A stretch of DNA of 31,632 nt from Octopus sinensis. Its lineage: Eukaryota. This document shows positions 11,033 through 22,964 of the stretch, piece by piece. Within the stretch, counting starts at the first letter, position 1. Every line of letters starts with the position of its first letter. The DNA is taken from NCBI RefSeq assembly GCF_006345805.1, contig NW_021832288.1, forward strand, positions 1-31,632. The letters are read 5' to 3'. Made by a program: the position numbers and the translations under genes. The notes under the pieces are model-generated. The model did not search any database, was not told the origin of the DNA, and saw only the letters and a list, made by a program, of their open reading frames with translations.

Positions 11033-12279
11033 GAATTTCGACTCTCAGATGGAAATGTTTTATTTTAGAAACTTCATCAAAGTTCTAATTAAAGTGAAAA
11101 TTACCAGTTTTTTCATTGCAACACTTTTACAATACAGAATATTTGTTCTTAGTCGGACATAACATTGTCTTGTTTTCTCTATTTTTGCCTCTACGAGACT
11201 TTCCAGTATTCCTTGCAGCCTCTGCTTATAAGAATTATCTCTCTGCAGCATATCTCACAGTTTTTGTTATAAATATATACTATATACGGTTCACAGATGT
11301 ACTTCCTAAACACAGTCATTATTTTCCAGTGTTTTTTTTTTTTGTCTACCAGAAAAACTCATGCTGGATTACACAATTTCCAGTTGAGAATATGAATATA
11401 CTAAGTATCTGGACCAGCTGTATTATTATCTACTATCTGGAATTTAGTATTTTGCTCACTTATATATTCACCAGCGAAATCATTTCCTTCCCTAAACTTT
11501 TCCTTCAGTTGTTCGTGTTTCATTCTGGTTACTTCTGAGATGGTTATTTCTAGATTTGTTCTTTGGTACAATCTCTCCAATCGTTCTTCCTCTGTTAAGC
11601 AACAGAACAATAGTTTTTAGAGTTTGTTTTCCCTTCAACATGGCTTTATCTATCCATTTTCCTTTTTTTTCTTTTTTGGTTCTGTTCCCTTTGAATCAAG
11701 CAGATTGGAGGTCGTACCTTTACTAGCGACAAACAAACACACACTCTCTGAGCTCTCCTCATCCTATATTGTTTGGCTTGTTGCTTAATGAATTAATTAG
11801 AATGCTTGATCCCTTTTAATATTTCCCTTCTAACAGGAAAGAGGTATATTAGCGGCTTATTTTGGGGAGGAAGAGTAACCCCGTTCCGATTACCATTTTC
11901 AGGGCTTCCAAGTCTAGTGGGAGCAAAAGTTCTATAGACTGGAAAACTGTAGTTTGCAACTGAAAGTTTACAAGAGACTAAACTTCGCTAAAATTACTAA
12001 AGAACAAACTAGAGATATGAAACCAGATGACGGATTAAGTGTGCAACCAAATTATAGTCTTTTGTCTCCATCTCAGCAGTATTATCCCATTTACTGATTG
12101 CAGTCTTTGATCTACATGTGTTTAATTCGTATCACATTACTCATGTCTAATGCTTAAGGAATTTATGATTAAGTGCAAAAGAATCATGGTAGAGTTTGAT
12201 TAACAATGCCATCATTAAATTCTTTTTCCTTTTTACTTCTTCTTTTTTTTTGTCATCTTTTGCAGTTTTCGTTAACATA

Positions 12280-12450
12280 GGCGCAGGAGTGGCTGTGTGG
12301 TAAGTATTTTGCTTACCAACCACATGGTTCCGGGTTCATTCCCACTACGAGGCACCTTGGGCAAGTGTCTTCTACTATAGCCTCAGGCCGACCAAAGCCT
12401 TGTGAGTGGATTTGGTAGGCGGAAACTGAAAGAAGCCCATCGTATATATG

Positions 12451-12483
<33 letters not shown>

Positions 12484-12690
12484 ATATGTTTGTATGTCTG
12501 TGTTTGTCCCCGCAACATCGCTTGACAATCGATGGTGGTGTGTTTACGTCCCCGTTACTTAGCGGTTCGGCAAAAGAGATCCATAGAATAAGTACTAGGC
12601 TTACAAAGAATAAGTCCTGGGGTCGATTTGCTCGACTAAAGGCGGTGCTCCAGCATGGCCGCAGACAAATGACTGAATCAAGTAAAGAGA
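12280..12690 (+). mobile_element. tRNA-derived SINE with CORE-like CCTTGGGCAAG segment and internal microsatellite (octopus OR-type)
   Basis: Head GGCGCAGGAGTGGCTGTGTGGTAAG...GGGTTCATTCCC, then GGCACCTTGGGCAAGTGTC, (TA)/(TG) tract and tail GGCGGTGCTCCAGCATGGCCGCAG...AAGTAAAGAG. Confidence 0.85.
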
Positions 12691-13154
12691 GTTTGTTTAG
12701 TTTTTACACAGTTTTTAAATACTTTGCGATGTTTGCGAGATCATCATAACAGTAAGCAATCAGGAACGGAAATGTCTGATTGGCACAAGAATGATGTGAA
12801 AAAGTTGTATTAGATGAGACATCTAATACAACGTCGGATTACCACGCACACATAAGTTGTACAGTTGTGTATTTAAGGTACATCATGTTGGTGATGACCA
12901 TTACGTAACAAACCATTTTCTATGACTAATTATCACAGAGTAAAACTATGCAAAATGCAACGGCTCTGTTAGGAATCAAACCCAAACTTTGTTCTGCTAC
13001 TCTCTTAGAGATCTCGCACAACAGAATACTAACAATGATAAAAGAGAAACTGTGAATGCTCAGTATATTCAAAGATGATAGACATTTGTATTAATGAGAG
13101 CTACTGTCCCAAATTCTAGGTAATTGTGTCTTATTTTTGTCAATTAACTTATTT

Positions 13155-13325
13155 CAGTTACTGAACTACAATCAAGCTGGGGCACGTCTTGGAGGATTTT
13201 ACTAGAACGAATTACTGGCCGGTACTTACTTTTTGAAATCTGATACTTATTCTAATGTCCCTTTTACTAAATTGCTCATTTGGGGATGTAAAGAAATCAA
13301 CACCGGTTGTCAAGTGATGGAAGTG
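13155..13325 (-). mobile_element. Degenerate SINE tail fragment
   Basis: TTTCAGTTACTGAACTACAATCAAGCTGGGGCAC...CACCGGTTGTCAAGTGATGG resembles 27530-27715. Confidence 0.5.
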
Positions 13326-13499
13326 CAAACAAATAATGCTAGCAGTAATGAGGATCTTGTTATTGTTGTTGTTGCTGTTACTGTTGTATTTATTACTATT
13401 ATTATTAGAAAACTTTAAAAGCAGAATCAGAAAGCATTACTGTCACCTGGAATGTCATTAGGCCCTCACATCTCACAAGTACTTGGGCAACTTGGTTGG

Positions 13500-13980
13500 T
13501 GAGAATTCTGTTTTAGCAATATATAGAAAGAACGAGTGGCGTGTAAGAGCGATGGATTATCTCAGGATAACTCTTCGATAAGAATAATCGAACTGGTCTC
13601 TTTCGGAACTTTCAGAACGGGGACTACTATGGATAGCTTCTATAAATCCTGATCCTGGTAGTGCTACGGAAAGCTGTTATTGATTCGAAATAAATCCTTC
13701 ACACTTGGGAAGTAAGCCGTGTGGGACTGTCATGGATGGGCGCGAAGCAATGAACTGGTTATGTACGCACTCGTGCAATATATCCAGGCATTGCTGACTT
13801 GTGAGGTTATGTCAAACAGTTGAGATTACCCGTAGGACGAATATGGTTTTCGACTAAATTCATCTTCAGAGCAGGGTTGATCCTCTATCTAGTGGCTACG
13901 GCAAAAGAAGCTGTGTGGTGGAAGAGCAATTAATGATCGAGGACAGACACCTTCCTCTTCGGTCAAACCCTCTTCGAGTT
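13500..13980 (+). mobile_element. Second decayed Tx1/L1-clade LINE ORF2 C-terminal remnant
   Basis: TFRTGTTMDSFYKS*SW*CYGKLLLIRNKSF...DCHGWARSNELVMYALVQY and LYLVATAKEAVWWK; collinear with 8940-9430. Confidence 0.6.
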
Positions 13981-14177
13981 TTTTTTTTTTTTGTCAAAAG
14001 ACTGTTGACTGTGACAAAATTTTTTTTACCTTTTTTCCACCTCTTTCTTCTTTTTTTTTACCTTTTTTTTTCTTTTCACTATCTTTGTAATGTCCCCTTT
14101 CATTCAACACCTTCCAGAAAAAGTGTTGTTGTTGCTATTATTATTATTATCCTTATTATTATTATTATTATTATTAT

Positions 14178-14224
<47 letters not shown>

Positions 14225-14675
14225 TAGTAGTAGTAGTAGTATGTCATACTTAACGCAAATATACTGTTGAAACCAGAATACTGCAGTATTCGTTTTCAAC
14301 ATGAATAGGGTTTAAATTCTTTCATTAAAATTATGTATGAAAAAGTGAAAAAAAAAAATAATATTGCAAGTGTGAAGAGTCAAATGTCTCAGACTAATAC
14401 CAAATACTAGCATTTATTCCTGAATTTGACAAATACTTATCCAATATTTGTCATATTGATGTCAGCTTTAGATAGTATGTTGTTACTAATCACATTAATT
14501 ACTTACTAATTTGACTTAATTTGACAGAGGAAAGAAACTTTAATCCATCTTGTAAGAGTTTGTTCACGTGGCCTAAACAGTCGCTGATGTTTCACTTCAG
14601 ATGTATTCGTTTGTTTTATGTCTTTGTTGTTTTTTTCTGTATTTTTTCTGGCATACAAGTTGACATAGTATATAG

Positions 14676-14920
14676 TACAGTTCTATATTTAAGACATGAG
14701 GAATTATATAAATTGTCTACATATGACGGATATTTCTCCTCATATTGTTTGTTGTTAACACAACATTTTGGCTGATATACACTCCAGCCTTCATCAGGTG
14801 TCTTGGGTTCTCATTCCTAAGATATTATTATTATTATTCAGGTCACTGCCTGGAATCGAACTCGGAATCTTGTGGTTAGTATCCCGCGCTCTTAACCACT
14901 AAGCCATATGCTCGTGGATA
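14676..14920 (-). repeat. pLTR copy A: tRNA-like head (14913-14841), (AAT)n, hammerhead motif, AT-rich tail
   Basis: GAGCATATGGCTTAGTGGTTAAGAGCGCGGGATACTAACCACAAGATTCCGAGTTCGATTCCAGGCAGTGACC with A and B boxes; hammerhead-like motif at about 14805-14757. Confidence 0.85.
14757..14805 (-). ncRNA. Minimal type I hammerhead ribozyme motif, mutated (GAAA to AAAA, ACGT to ATGT)
   Basis: AAGACAC CTGATGA A GGCTG-gagtgtatat-CAGCC AAAATGT T GTGTT; stem II is a perfect 5 bp and stem I is GACAC/GTGTT. Confidence 0.7.
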
Positions 14921-14959
14921 TATGCTCCAATGCTCCAATTATGGAGTGAATTTTAGGGC

Positions 14960-15431
14960 TTATAAATCTAATATTCTCCTATCCTTCCTTAATACCGGTT
15001 CCCATATACTATTCATATCTGCACTCACTCTGCCTAAGAGGTTGTTGTGTCCTAGCATACGTGCTGCTTCTTTTAGTTTTCGTATTTCCCAGTGGTGTTC
15101 TCTGTCTATTATTTTAACTTCATCCCACAGGAGGAGGTGGCCTCCATTTTTCCATATATGATCAGCTATATATCAATATCTCCTCATGTCACAGCTTTGC
15201 GATGTTCGTCTACTCTTATTTTGAGGTGTCGGCATTTTTCGCCTTTGTATGACCTACTAGAGCTGCATGGGATGGGGTACACGCAGTTAGTCATATTCTC
15301 TTCTATTTGCGAAGTATTGTATTACTCTTGAATATTGTCCTGATGTCATATGGGACGCATATCTGTTATATCTTTTCGGAGAGGCCTTTCACATAAGATA
15401 GACAGACTATGGACAGTTTATTGGTTTCATC
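14960..15431 (-). pseudogene. GIY-YIG endonuclease domain of a Penelope-like element (stops and frameshifts)
   Basis: Minus-strand pieces: IVCLSYVKGLSEKI*QICVPYDIRTIFKSNTILRK / NCVYPIPCSSSRSYKGEKCRHLKIRVDEHRKAV / IADHIWKNGGHLLLWDEVKIIDREHHWEIRKLKEAARML...WEPVL...*. These match PLE motifs LPYVKGxSEKI, VYxIPC-x4-YxGET-R-L-R-EH and the C-terminal E. Confidence 0.9.
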
Positions 15432-15507
15432 CACGGGCATATGGCGCAGGCTACTAACCCCAAGATTCCAAGTTCGATTCCAGGCAATGACCTGAATAAT
15501 AATAATC

Positions 15508-15543
<36 letters not shown>

Positions 15544-15608
15544 TAATAATAATAATAAAATAATAATAATAACAACAACATCAAAAATATCTTAGGAATG
15601 AGAATCCA

Positions 15609-15731
15609 GATATTTGTCCTCATCTTGTTTGTTGTTAACACGTTTCGGCTGATATACTCTCCAGCCTTTATCAGGTGTCTTGGGGAAATTCCGAACCTGA
15701 GTTCTCATTCCTAAGGTATTTTTCGATGTTG

Positions 15732-15771
<40 letters not shown>

Positions 15772-15840
15772 AGTCACTGCCTGGAATTGAACTCGGAATC
15801 TTGGGGTTAGTAGTCCGCACTCTTAACCACTACGCCATAT
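15609..15840 (-). repeat. pLTR copy B: tRNA-like head, (AAT)n, hammerhead motif
   Basis: A box TGGCGTAGTGG, B box GAGTTCAATTCC, then CAAGACAC-CTGATAA-A-GGCTG...CAGCC-GAAACGTGTT. Confidence 0.85.
15636..15684 (-). ncRNA. Minimal type I hammerhead motif, mutated (CTGATAA, 3-nt deletion)
   Basis: AAGACAC CTGATAA A GGCTG-gagagtatat-CAGCC GAAACGT GTT. Confidence 0.65.
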
Positions 15841-15930
15841 GAGGACAAATATCCGTCAATTGTAAATAATGTACATAATTCCTCATCTCTTAAAATAGAA
15901 CTGTATGAGAACCCAGGTTCGAAATTTCCC

Positions 15931-15980
15931 CAAGACACCTGAGGAATGCTGGAAGGTATATCAGTCGAAACATTGTGTTA
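15931..15980 (+). ncRNA. Minimal type I hammerhead motif, core boxes intact, stem II disrupted
   Basis: CAAGACAC CTGAGGA A TGCTG-gaaggtatat-CAGTC GAAACAT T GTGTT. Confidence 0.65.
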
Positions 15981-17384
15981 ACAACAAACAAGATGAGGAC
16001 AAATATCCGTCAAATGTAAATAATGTAAATATTATATAGTGTAAATATTCAAACATCATCACTGTCTCTTCAAATCCTGTAGCATTTCATACGGAATGTT
16101 TAGTCATCCAAAATTGCCTCAGTATATAAGACGGCCTATTCTTTTCCGTTGTAAATTTTGGTCTTAAAAGTTCGTCTTTTAAGCCGGAAAATACGGTATG
16201 ATTTTTTTCGGTCTAATTTTAAATCATTTTCATAATTTTTAGACGAATTGTTATTCAATTTGTGGTGTTTCCCCTTTTCTCCGATTTTCTACATAATGTT
16301 GTTGTTTAGTCACAGCTTTCAGCAAATTCTGATCAAATTTTATTGAAATATAATTTTTAAAATGAATTCATTTTCTCTTAGGACGATAATAATTACTACG
16401 TCTTCATAATTGTTCTTTTTTTTTGTTGTTGCTTTTTTTCCCCCAATATTTCAGAAAGAATTGTCTCCCTTCGACACTCTTACATCACGTTCCATTATGC
16501 TGGAAATCCACTGTCAAATAAGAACAATAACACAGAGACACACCAAGGACATTATATTATTAGATAGACATTTTCCTTTATTTACATATTTCAAATTCAA
16601 AGTTCCTTAATTACAATATTGGTTTTATTAAAGTAAGCACAAGGCCCTACCTTTCTACTGGATGAAGGAATGAGAAATTGTGACATTAGTGACTGCAGTG
16701 AAATAAAATTGCATCAGGTGGGAATTGAAACCCCCTCCAATACATAGCTCACTGAGAGCTTAACTTTTATTATAGGGTGCGTTTTTCCTTTAAATACAAT
16801 ATTCGGGGTGAAATCAGAGCAACTTTGCTTTTCAAAACTTCGGTGAACGTTTTCAGTAAAATATTGTTATGGCAAATTGCATTTAGATTTCTTTGGGGCT
16901 TGTGTTACTCTCAACCCAGCTCAGCCCTATGATCGAAACCCCTTCAATTTTTTTTTCATCTTATTCTCTGGCACTGCATATCAAAGACTTCATTGTCCCG
17001 TCGATTTTCCAAAACGCTAGTGGATAATTTTGTGGAGATTTAGTTGCTATTTCTAGTAACAGAGTGACCACGTAGCAGTTTTTTTTCGGTTTATATGTTA
17101 CACATAGAGGTCGAAGTAAATGAAAGACATATCATTTTTTTAAATGTATATTTATTGATTCAGAGTTCCCCTTTCGGTAGCAGTCTTCGAGTTGTTCCAG
17201 ATCGCGGTGATGTGAATGTTTCTGACATAGAAGTCCGTACTTCACTTCTGATCCAACGAAACGCTTCATTACAGAATGCTCCGACAGCTTACAGCTGTGA
17301 GCTGACACTAAACATGGCATCTATTTACAGGCGGATAGACTGAGTCAGGAAAAGATTAAATGGATGGACTATAGGCACAACGCA

Positions 17385-17455
17385 AAGTTGTAAACAAGAT
17401 ACGAACTACGGTCCACTAGGGTGGTAGTCTGACACTCTAACCACACAACCAGCAG
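17385..17455 (-). mobile_element. tRNA-like SINE head remnant
   Basis: Reverse complement TGGTTGTGTGGTTAGAGTGTCAGACTACCACCCTAGTGGACCGTAGTTCGTATC has A-box-like and B-box-like motifs. Confidence 0.45.
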
Positions 17456-17653
17456 TGACTCTGTACGCAATGATGATAGTGGTGGGCAGTTCTATGTAAT
17501 AAAATAGCTTGTCTATTTGTGTTTGCATTTTTTTTTCTAATCTATTTACAACTTTACTTCTACCTACAGTGCTGGTGTACTGGAGTACCTATATGTACAT
17601 ATGTACTATTGTAACTGTAATACATATATACTGGTATAAATGTAGGACCAATA

Positions 17654-18083
17654 GGATCTTTTCGGTTTGAACGGCAGTTTTTAACATAATTTCTAGGTAA
17701 CTAAAAAAATTTTAATTCGTATACTGGTAGAATGTGTTTATAAAACATCTTTTTTTCTTGGCTTTATTGAGAAAATTCTATAGTTTGTAAGATATTGTTG
17801 TTTTTTTTCTTCAATTTCTGCAATTTCAACCAATCAGTGACGTCCATTGAGGTAAAAAAAAAAAACAACATTCTGTGCTGTATGAATATGTCCCTCGTTT
17901 AAGAAACAGATTGGGTTTATTTCCATTTGTGAAGAAAAAAAAATACCCTTCCCCCCACCCCTAACCCTAACCCTAACCCTAAAACAAATTGAAATGCAAT
18001 AGATCGATACTAGGGTCATAATTATGGGTGACAATTTCATATGACACCGCTAGGAAAAACTGCCGTTCAAACCGAAAAGATCC
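17654..18083. mobile_element. 430-bp non-autonomous TIR element containing (CCCTAA)4
   Basis: Perfect 29-bp TIR GGATCTTTTCGGTTTGAACGGCAGTTTTT / AAAAACTGCCGTTCAAACCGAAAAGATCC; no ORF; no TSD seen. Confidence 0.85.
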
Positions 18084-19014
18084 GACCTATATACTAATGC
18101 ACTAAAATACTGGTGTACCTATAGTACGTATACACTAGTGTATTTGTAGTAGTTATTTACAAAACTTGTACTAATATTTACAGCATTTATATACCAATAT
18201 GACTATAGCAGTTATGAATCGAAATATTTACAATAATTATTTAATAATGTTTTCGTTTCATGTATATTACATCCGAGTCCAACTTTTTTGAATTAAACAT
18301 TTTACGAAATTCTTCCTGAATTTTTAACAGAGTTTTTCCTGTTAGCTCAGAAGACTCATTTTCCCTAATCGTTAGAAAACAGACATTTTATGGGGGAAAT
18401 GTCGACTGCAAATTCAATCGTTATATCATATCTCTCCTGTTTTTATGTAATCATTGTCTTAAGATCATTAAGAACGATGTTTGCTTCAGAGATGATCTAT
18501 CATTGGATATTATATTTTTTTCATTCACTTCTCTGCAAAGATTTCACCCACGAACAAAGAGCGAGCTATACAGACGCACCATTGTATTATTTCCATTTGC
18601 CATTTTTGTTGTTGCAATATTTCTATTTACTGTGCAGTAGATCTTGATACAACAAAAAAAGGGCTTCAATGCCACAAAATCCCATGCCGTTTGCTTTCAC
18701 AACACTATCTGATCACAACACTACGGCTTTCTGCCAATTTTGCAAAAAAAAAAAGAAGACAAATTAATGATATTTTTTTCTGCTGTGCTTTGCTTTGTGT
18801 TACGATAAGCTAGGTTAGGAAATGCTATGATATCATTATATTATGACACATCATAAGTAATCCCTGATCGTATCATATTTTTTTTATATATATATATAAT
18901 CTCATCTCCATCTACAATATATTATTGTAACTCCAAACTACTCCCTAAGCCCATAGAGGTTAGAGTTTTGCTAGCAATTTTGTCAACCATTTTATATTCT
19001 TCTTTTCCTTCTAC

Positions 19015-19287
19015 TTCTTCCTCTTCCTCTTCCTCTTCCTCTTCTTCTTCTTCTTCTTCTTCTTCTTCTTCATCTTCTTTTCTTCACTTCTTTAAAATAT
19101 TGGAATGTCAGTCACATTTTGTTTGTATCAAAAATTACACTACAGTTAATTTTGTATTCTTCATAAGCATTTTAATATTCACATGCGTTTATAGGTGTAG
19201 GTATATGTATGAAGATAGGCATAAAAATATGAATTTATTTGCGTATATATGTATGTATATATGTATGTATGTTTGTATGTATGTATG

Positions 19288-19321
<34 letters not shown>

Positions 19322-19365
19322 TGTATGTATGTATGTATGTATGTATGTATATGCATGTGTGTGTA
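19015..19365. repeat. (TTC)n and (TATG)n microsatellites
   Basis: Directly visible. Confidence 0.9.
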
Positions 19366-19370
19366 GCACA

Positions 19371-19589
19371 TATTCTTTTATTCTTTTACTTGTTTCAGTC
19401 ATTTTGACTGCGGCCATGCTGGAGCACCGCCTTAAGTCGAACAGACCGACCCCAGAACTTCTTCTTTGTAAGCCTGGTACATATTCTATCGGTCACTTTG
19501 CGCGCACCGCTAAGTTACGGGGACGTAAATACACCAAGATCGGTTGTTAAGCGACGGCGGTGGTGAGAAATACAGACATACCCACACAA

Positions 19590-19620
<31 letters not shown>

Positions 19621-19785
19621 ATATATATATATATATAAACGACTGGCTTCTTGCAGTTTTTGCCTACCAAATCCAATTACAAGGCTTTGTCGGCCCGAGG
19701 CTATAGTAGAAGACACTTGCCCAAGGTGTCACGCAACGGTACTGAACCCGGAACAATGTGGTTGGGAAGCAAGCTACTTACCACA
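19371..19785 (-). mobile_element. Same SINE family as 12280-12690, reverse orientation
   Basis: Reverse-complement homology over head, CORE-like segment, microsatellite and tail. Confidence 0.85.
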
Positions 19786-20179
19786 CATATATACAAACTC
19801 GCACACAAACATACAAACATGCACACACACACACACACACATATCACACAGACAAACAGTTGAGTGTGAGAGAGAGAGTGAATATGTGTCCGTATAGATG
19901 ACGTTATGTGGGTATATAGACACGCGCGGGCGTGTTTGTGTGCGCGGTTGTACCAATTGCATCTCATCGCTCTGTGCTCGTTTGTGGAATGCCTGTTCTG
20001 TGGACTATATTGGTTTGTGTGTGTGTGTGTGTATACGTGTGTCATATATTTCGGCTGAACCATTTGGCTGTTACTCTACAGTTTTCCCGGACAGGCGGTT
20101 TTACAGGCAGCCACCTGACGACTGTTTGAGGGCTTCACTGATAATACAAGTCTCCTTATGTATAAGTATATATATTCAC

Positions 20180-20890
<711 letters not shown>

Positions 20891-20919
20891 ACAGATCCTT
20901 TTTTATTGCAGAGGTCGTA

Positions 20920-21062
20920 TATGTTATATTTTCACAAGAATAGAGGTGACAGTGATTTCGAAGTTTTGACCTGCTAGCATTCATTAGACACTCCCAAGAA
21001 GGCTAACAGTCCTAAACTTCGAAGTCACTATCACTTCTTGTTTCTTGTAAAAGTATAACATA
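20920..21062. mobile_element. Degenerate hairpin MITE, about 143 bp
   Basis: TATGTTATATTTTCACAAGAA...GTGACAGTGATTTCGAAGTTT versus AAACTTCGAAGTCACTATCAC...TTCTTGTAAAAGTATAACATA. Confidence 0.65.
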
Positions 21063-21559
21063 GATATATATGTGTATGAATGAGCGCGCATGTAGTCGTT
21101 CGTGTATGTGTGTGTATGGATATGTATATATATATATGCTCTTCGTATGTTCGTGTGTATGTGTGTGTGTGTGTGTGAGTAAGTCTATACAGTTTGGTAT
21201 TTCTGGCATATGTGATAATGTGCAACAAATATGTAATCAAATGCATGTAATAAACCTTCGATTAATTCGTTTTTTAATCAAAGGTCAGAGAAGCGACATA
21301 TAATGTATATGAGACTCTACGTATACATATATAAAAACTGTGGGGAAAGAAACTGCATAAGTGGAGGGCAGGTTTAAGATATATCTTACAACTACATCTG
21401 GAGGGCAGCTTTAAGATACATCTTAGAATTGTAATGAAGTTCTATGGATTACGACTAGAGAAAATTATTATCGGACGGGGTAGAAAAATCTTATATATAT
21501 ATATATGTATATATGTATATATATATATACATGTGTACATATATATTCTGATCACTAAT

Positions 21560-21740
21560 GGAGGCACCAGGCTCTAGGTTGGGCCAAAGTCTATAAAGTC
21601 GATCCCAGTACTTATCTGGTGTATATTTTATCGATTCCAGGAAGGAAGAAAGGCAAAATCGATCTAAGTAGGTTTGGAACTCAGAACATAAAGGGTCGTA
21701 ATAAACTACTACAAAGTGTTTAGTCCTGCAATCTACGGCT
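21560..21740 (-). mobile_element. SINE, second family, degenerate
   Basis: GATCCCAGTACTTATCTGGTG...TTTTATCGATTCCAGG...AAAGGCAAAATCGATCT...GAACTCAGAACATAAAG. Confidence 0.62.
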
Positions 21741-22109
21741 TTTTTTGTTTTGTTTTGTTTTGTTTTTCTTTCATTTTTTCTTCTTTTTTTTTGATTTTTG
21801 ATAATTCACCGCCATTTATAAATTTTGCCATATACTTGTAGGGTGAATGGGGTCCTTTGAGATCAACGATCTCTTTTCATGTTTTTATTGTTTTTGATTG
21901 TGGTGATGGTGATGGTGATGGCACGGTTGACAATGGTGGTGGTAACATGGTTGACAGTGGTGATGGTGGGAGTAGTCGTCATAGTCGTCGTCGTCGTCAT
22001 CGTTGTCATCGTCGTGAAGGTACTGATGGGGATTGTTGGTCTGGTTGTTGTATGGCTGGTGGTGGTTTAGTTTTTCATTTTTCTAACTGTTCACTGTTGC
22101 TCCATTACG

Positions 22110-22110
22110 G

Positions 22111-22174
<64 letters not shown>

Positions 22175-22252
22175 GCAAACATATATACATATGCATATAT
22201 ATATATACATATATATGTGTGTGTCCGTGTACATATATATATATGTATATAT

Positions 22253-22289
<37 letters not shown>

Positions 22290-22408
22290 CATGCGTATAA
22301 ACATATCCATTCAATTCTTTATAACTTTATAACTGTTACACAATTAATTATATCTTTCCTATGTATGTGTAGGTGTATATATGTGTGTCCACAGATACAT
22401 AGTTACAT

Positions 22409-22465
<57 letters not shown>

Positions 22466-22477
22466 TAGGTAGATAGG

Positions 22478-22560
<83 letters not shown>
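22110..22560. repeat. (TA)n, (CA)n, (AG)n and (TAGA)n microsatellites
   Basis: Directly visible. Confidence 0.93.
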
Positions 22561-22917
22561 TATAAAGTAATGAATAGGTTAGGGCATCGTTACTAATAGT
22601 TTCGTATTGTTTCGTAAGTTTTACTAGACTTATATGTCCAAAGATTGTCTGAAATATTTAATGAAACATGAAAACAGGAAACCATCAGTAGCGATGTGCT
22701 AATCTATGCATTCGCTATACCGTTCTGTGAGTGTGCGTGCGTACGTGTGATTATGTGTGTGTACGTGTGTGTGAGAGAGAGTGTGTGTGGTGTGTGTGTG
22801 TATGCATGCATGTGTATATAGATAATGGACAAAAATGACGAAAAGACGAATGAACTCAATGAACCTAGAGTTTTATAAGATCGTATTTGAGTGCATTTGA
22901 ATGTGAGCGTAGGTATG

Positions 22918-22959
<42 letters not shown>

Positions 22960-22964
22960 ACAGG

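Larger units (their letters stand above)
14676..16028 (-). mobile_element. 5'-truncated Penelope-like retroelement with 3' pLTR and inverted pLTR copies
   Basis: A decayed GIY-YIG ORF (15431-14960) is followed by a terminal repeat (14920-14676). The 5' truncation is joined to an inverted copy of the same repeat (15429-15608), an arrangement established for Penelope insertions. Confidence 0.88.

Noticed and set aside
11060-11610. Minus-strand charged ORF fragments, possibly a decayed retroelement
   Set aside because: No recognisable motif; multiple stops.
14841-14913. Functional tRNA gene (also 15770-15840 and 31548-31620)
   Set aside because: Acceptor and anticodon stems do not pair properly and the segments are embedded in repeats; treated as tRNA-like heads.
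15609-15905. The tRNA-hammerhead unit as a MITE with 60-bp TIRs
   Set aside because: Copies A and D have a normal 5' head (CCACG(A/G)GCATATGGC) without the inverted tail; the apparent TIR is a rearrangement junction.
20985-21025. Hammerhead-like CCCAAGAAGGCTAACAGTCCTAAAC
   Set aside because: Both core boxes are broken and it sits in a MITE loop; not supportable.
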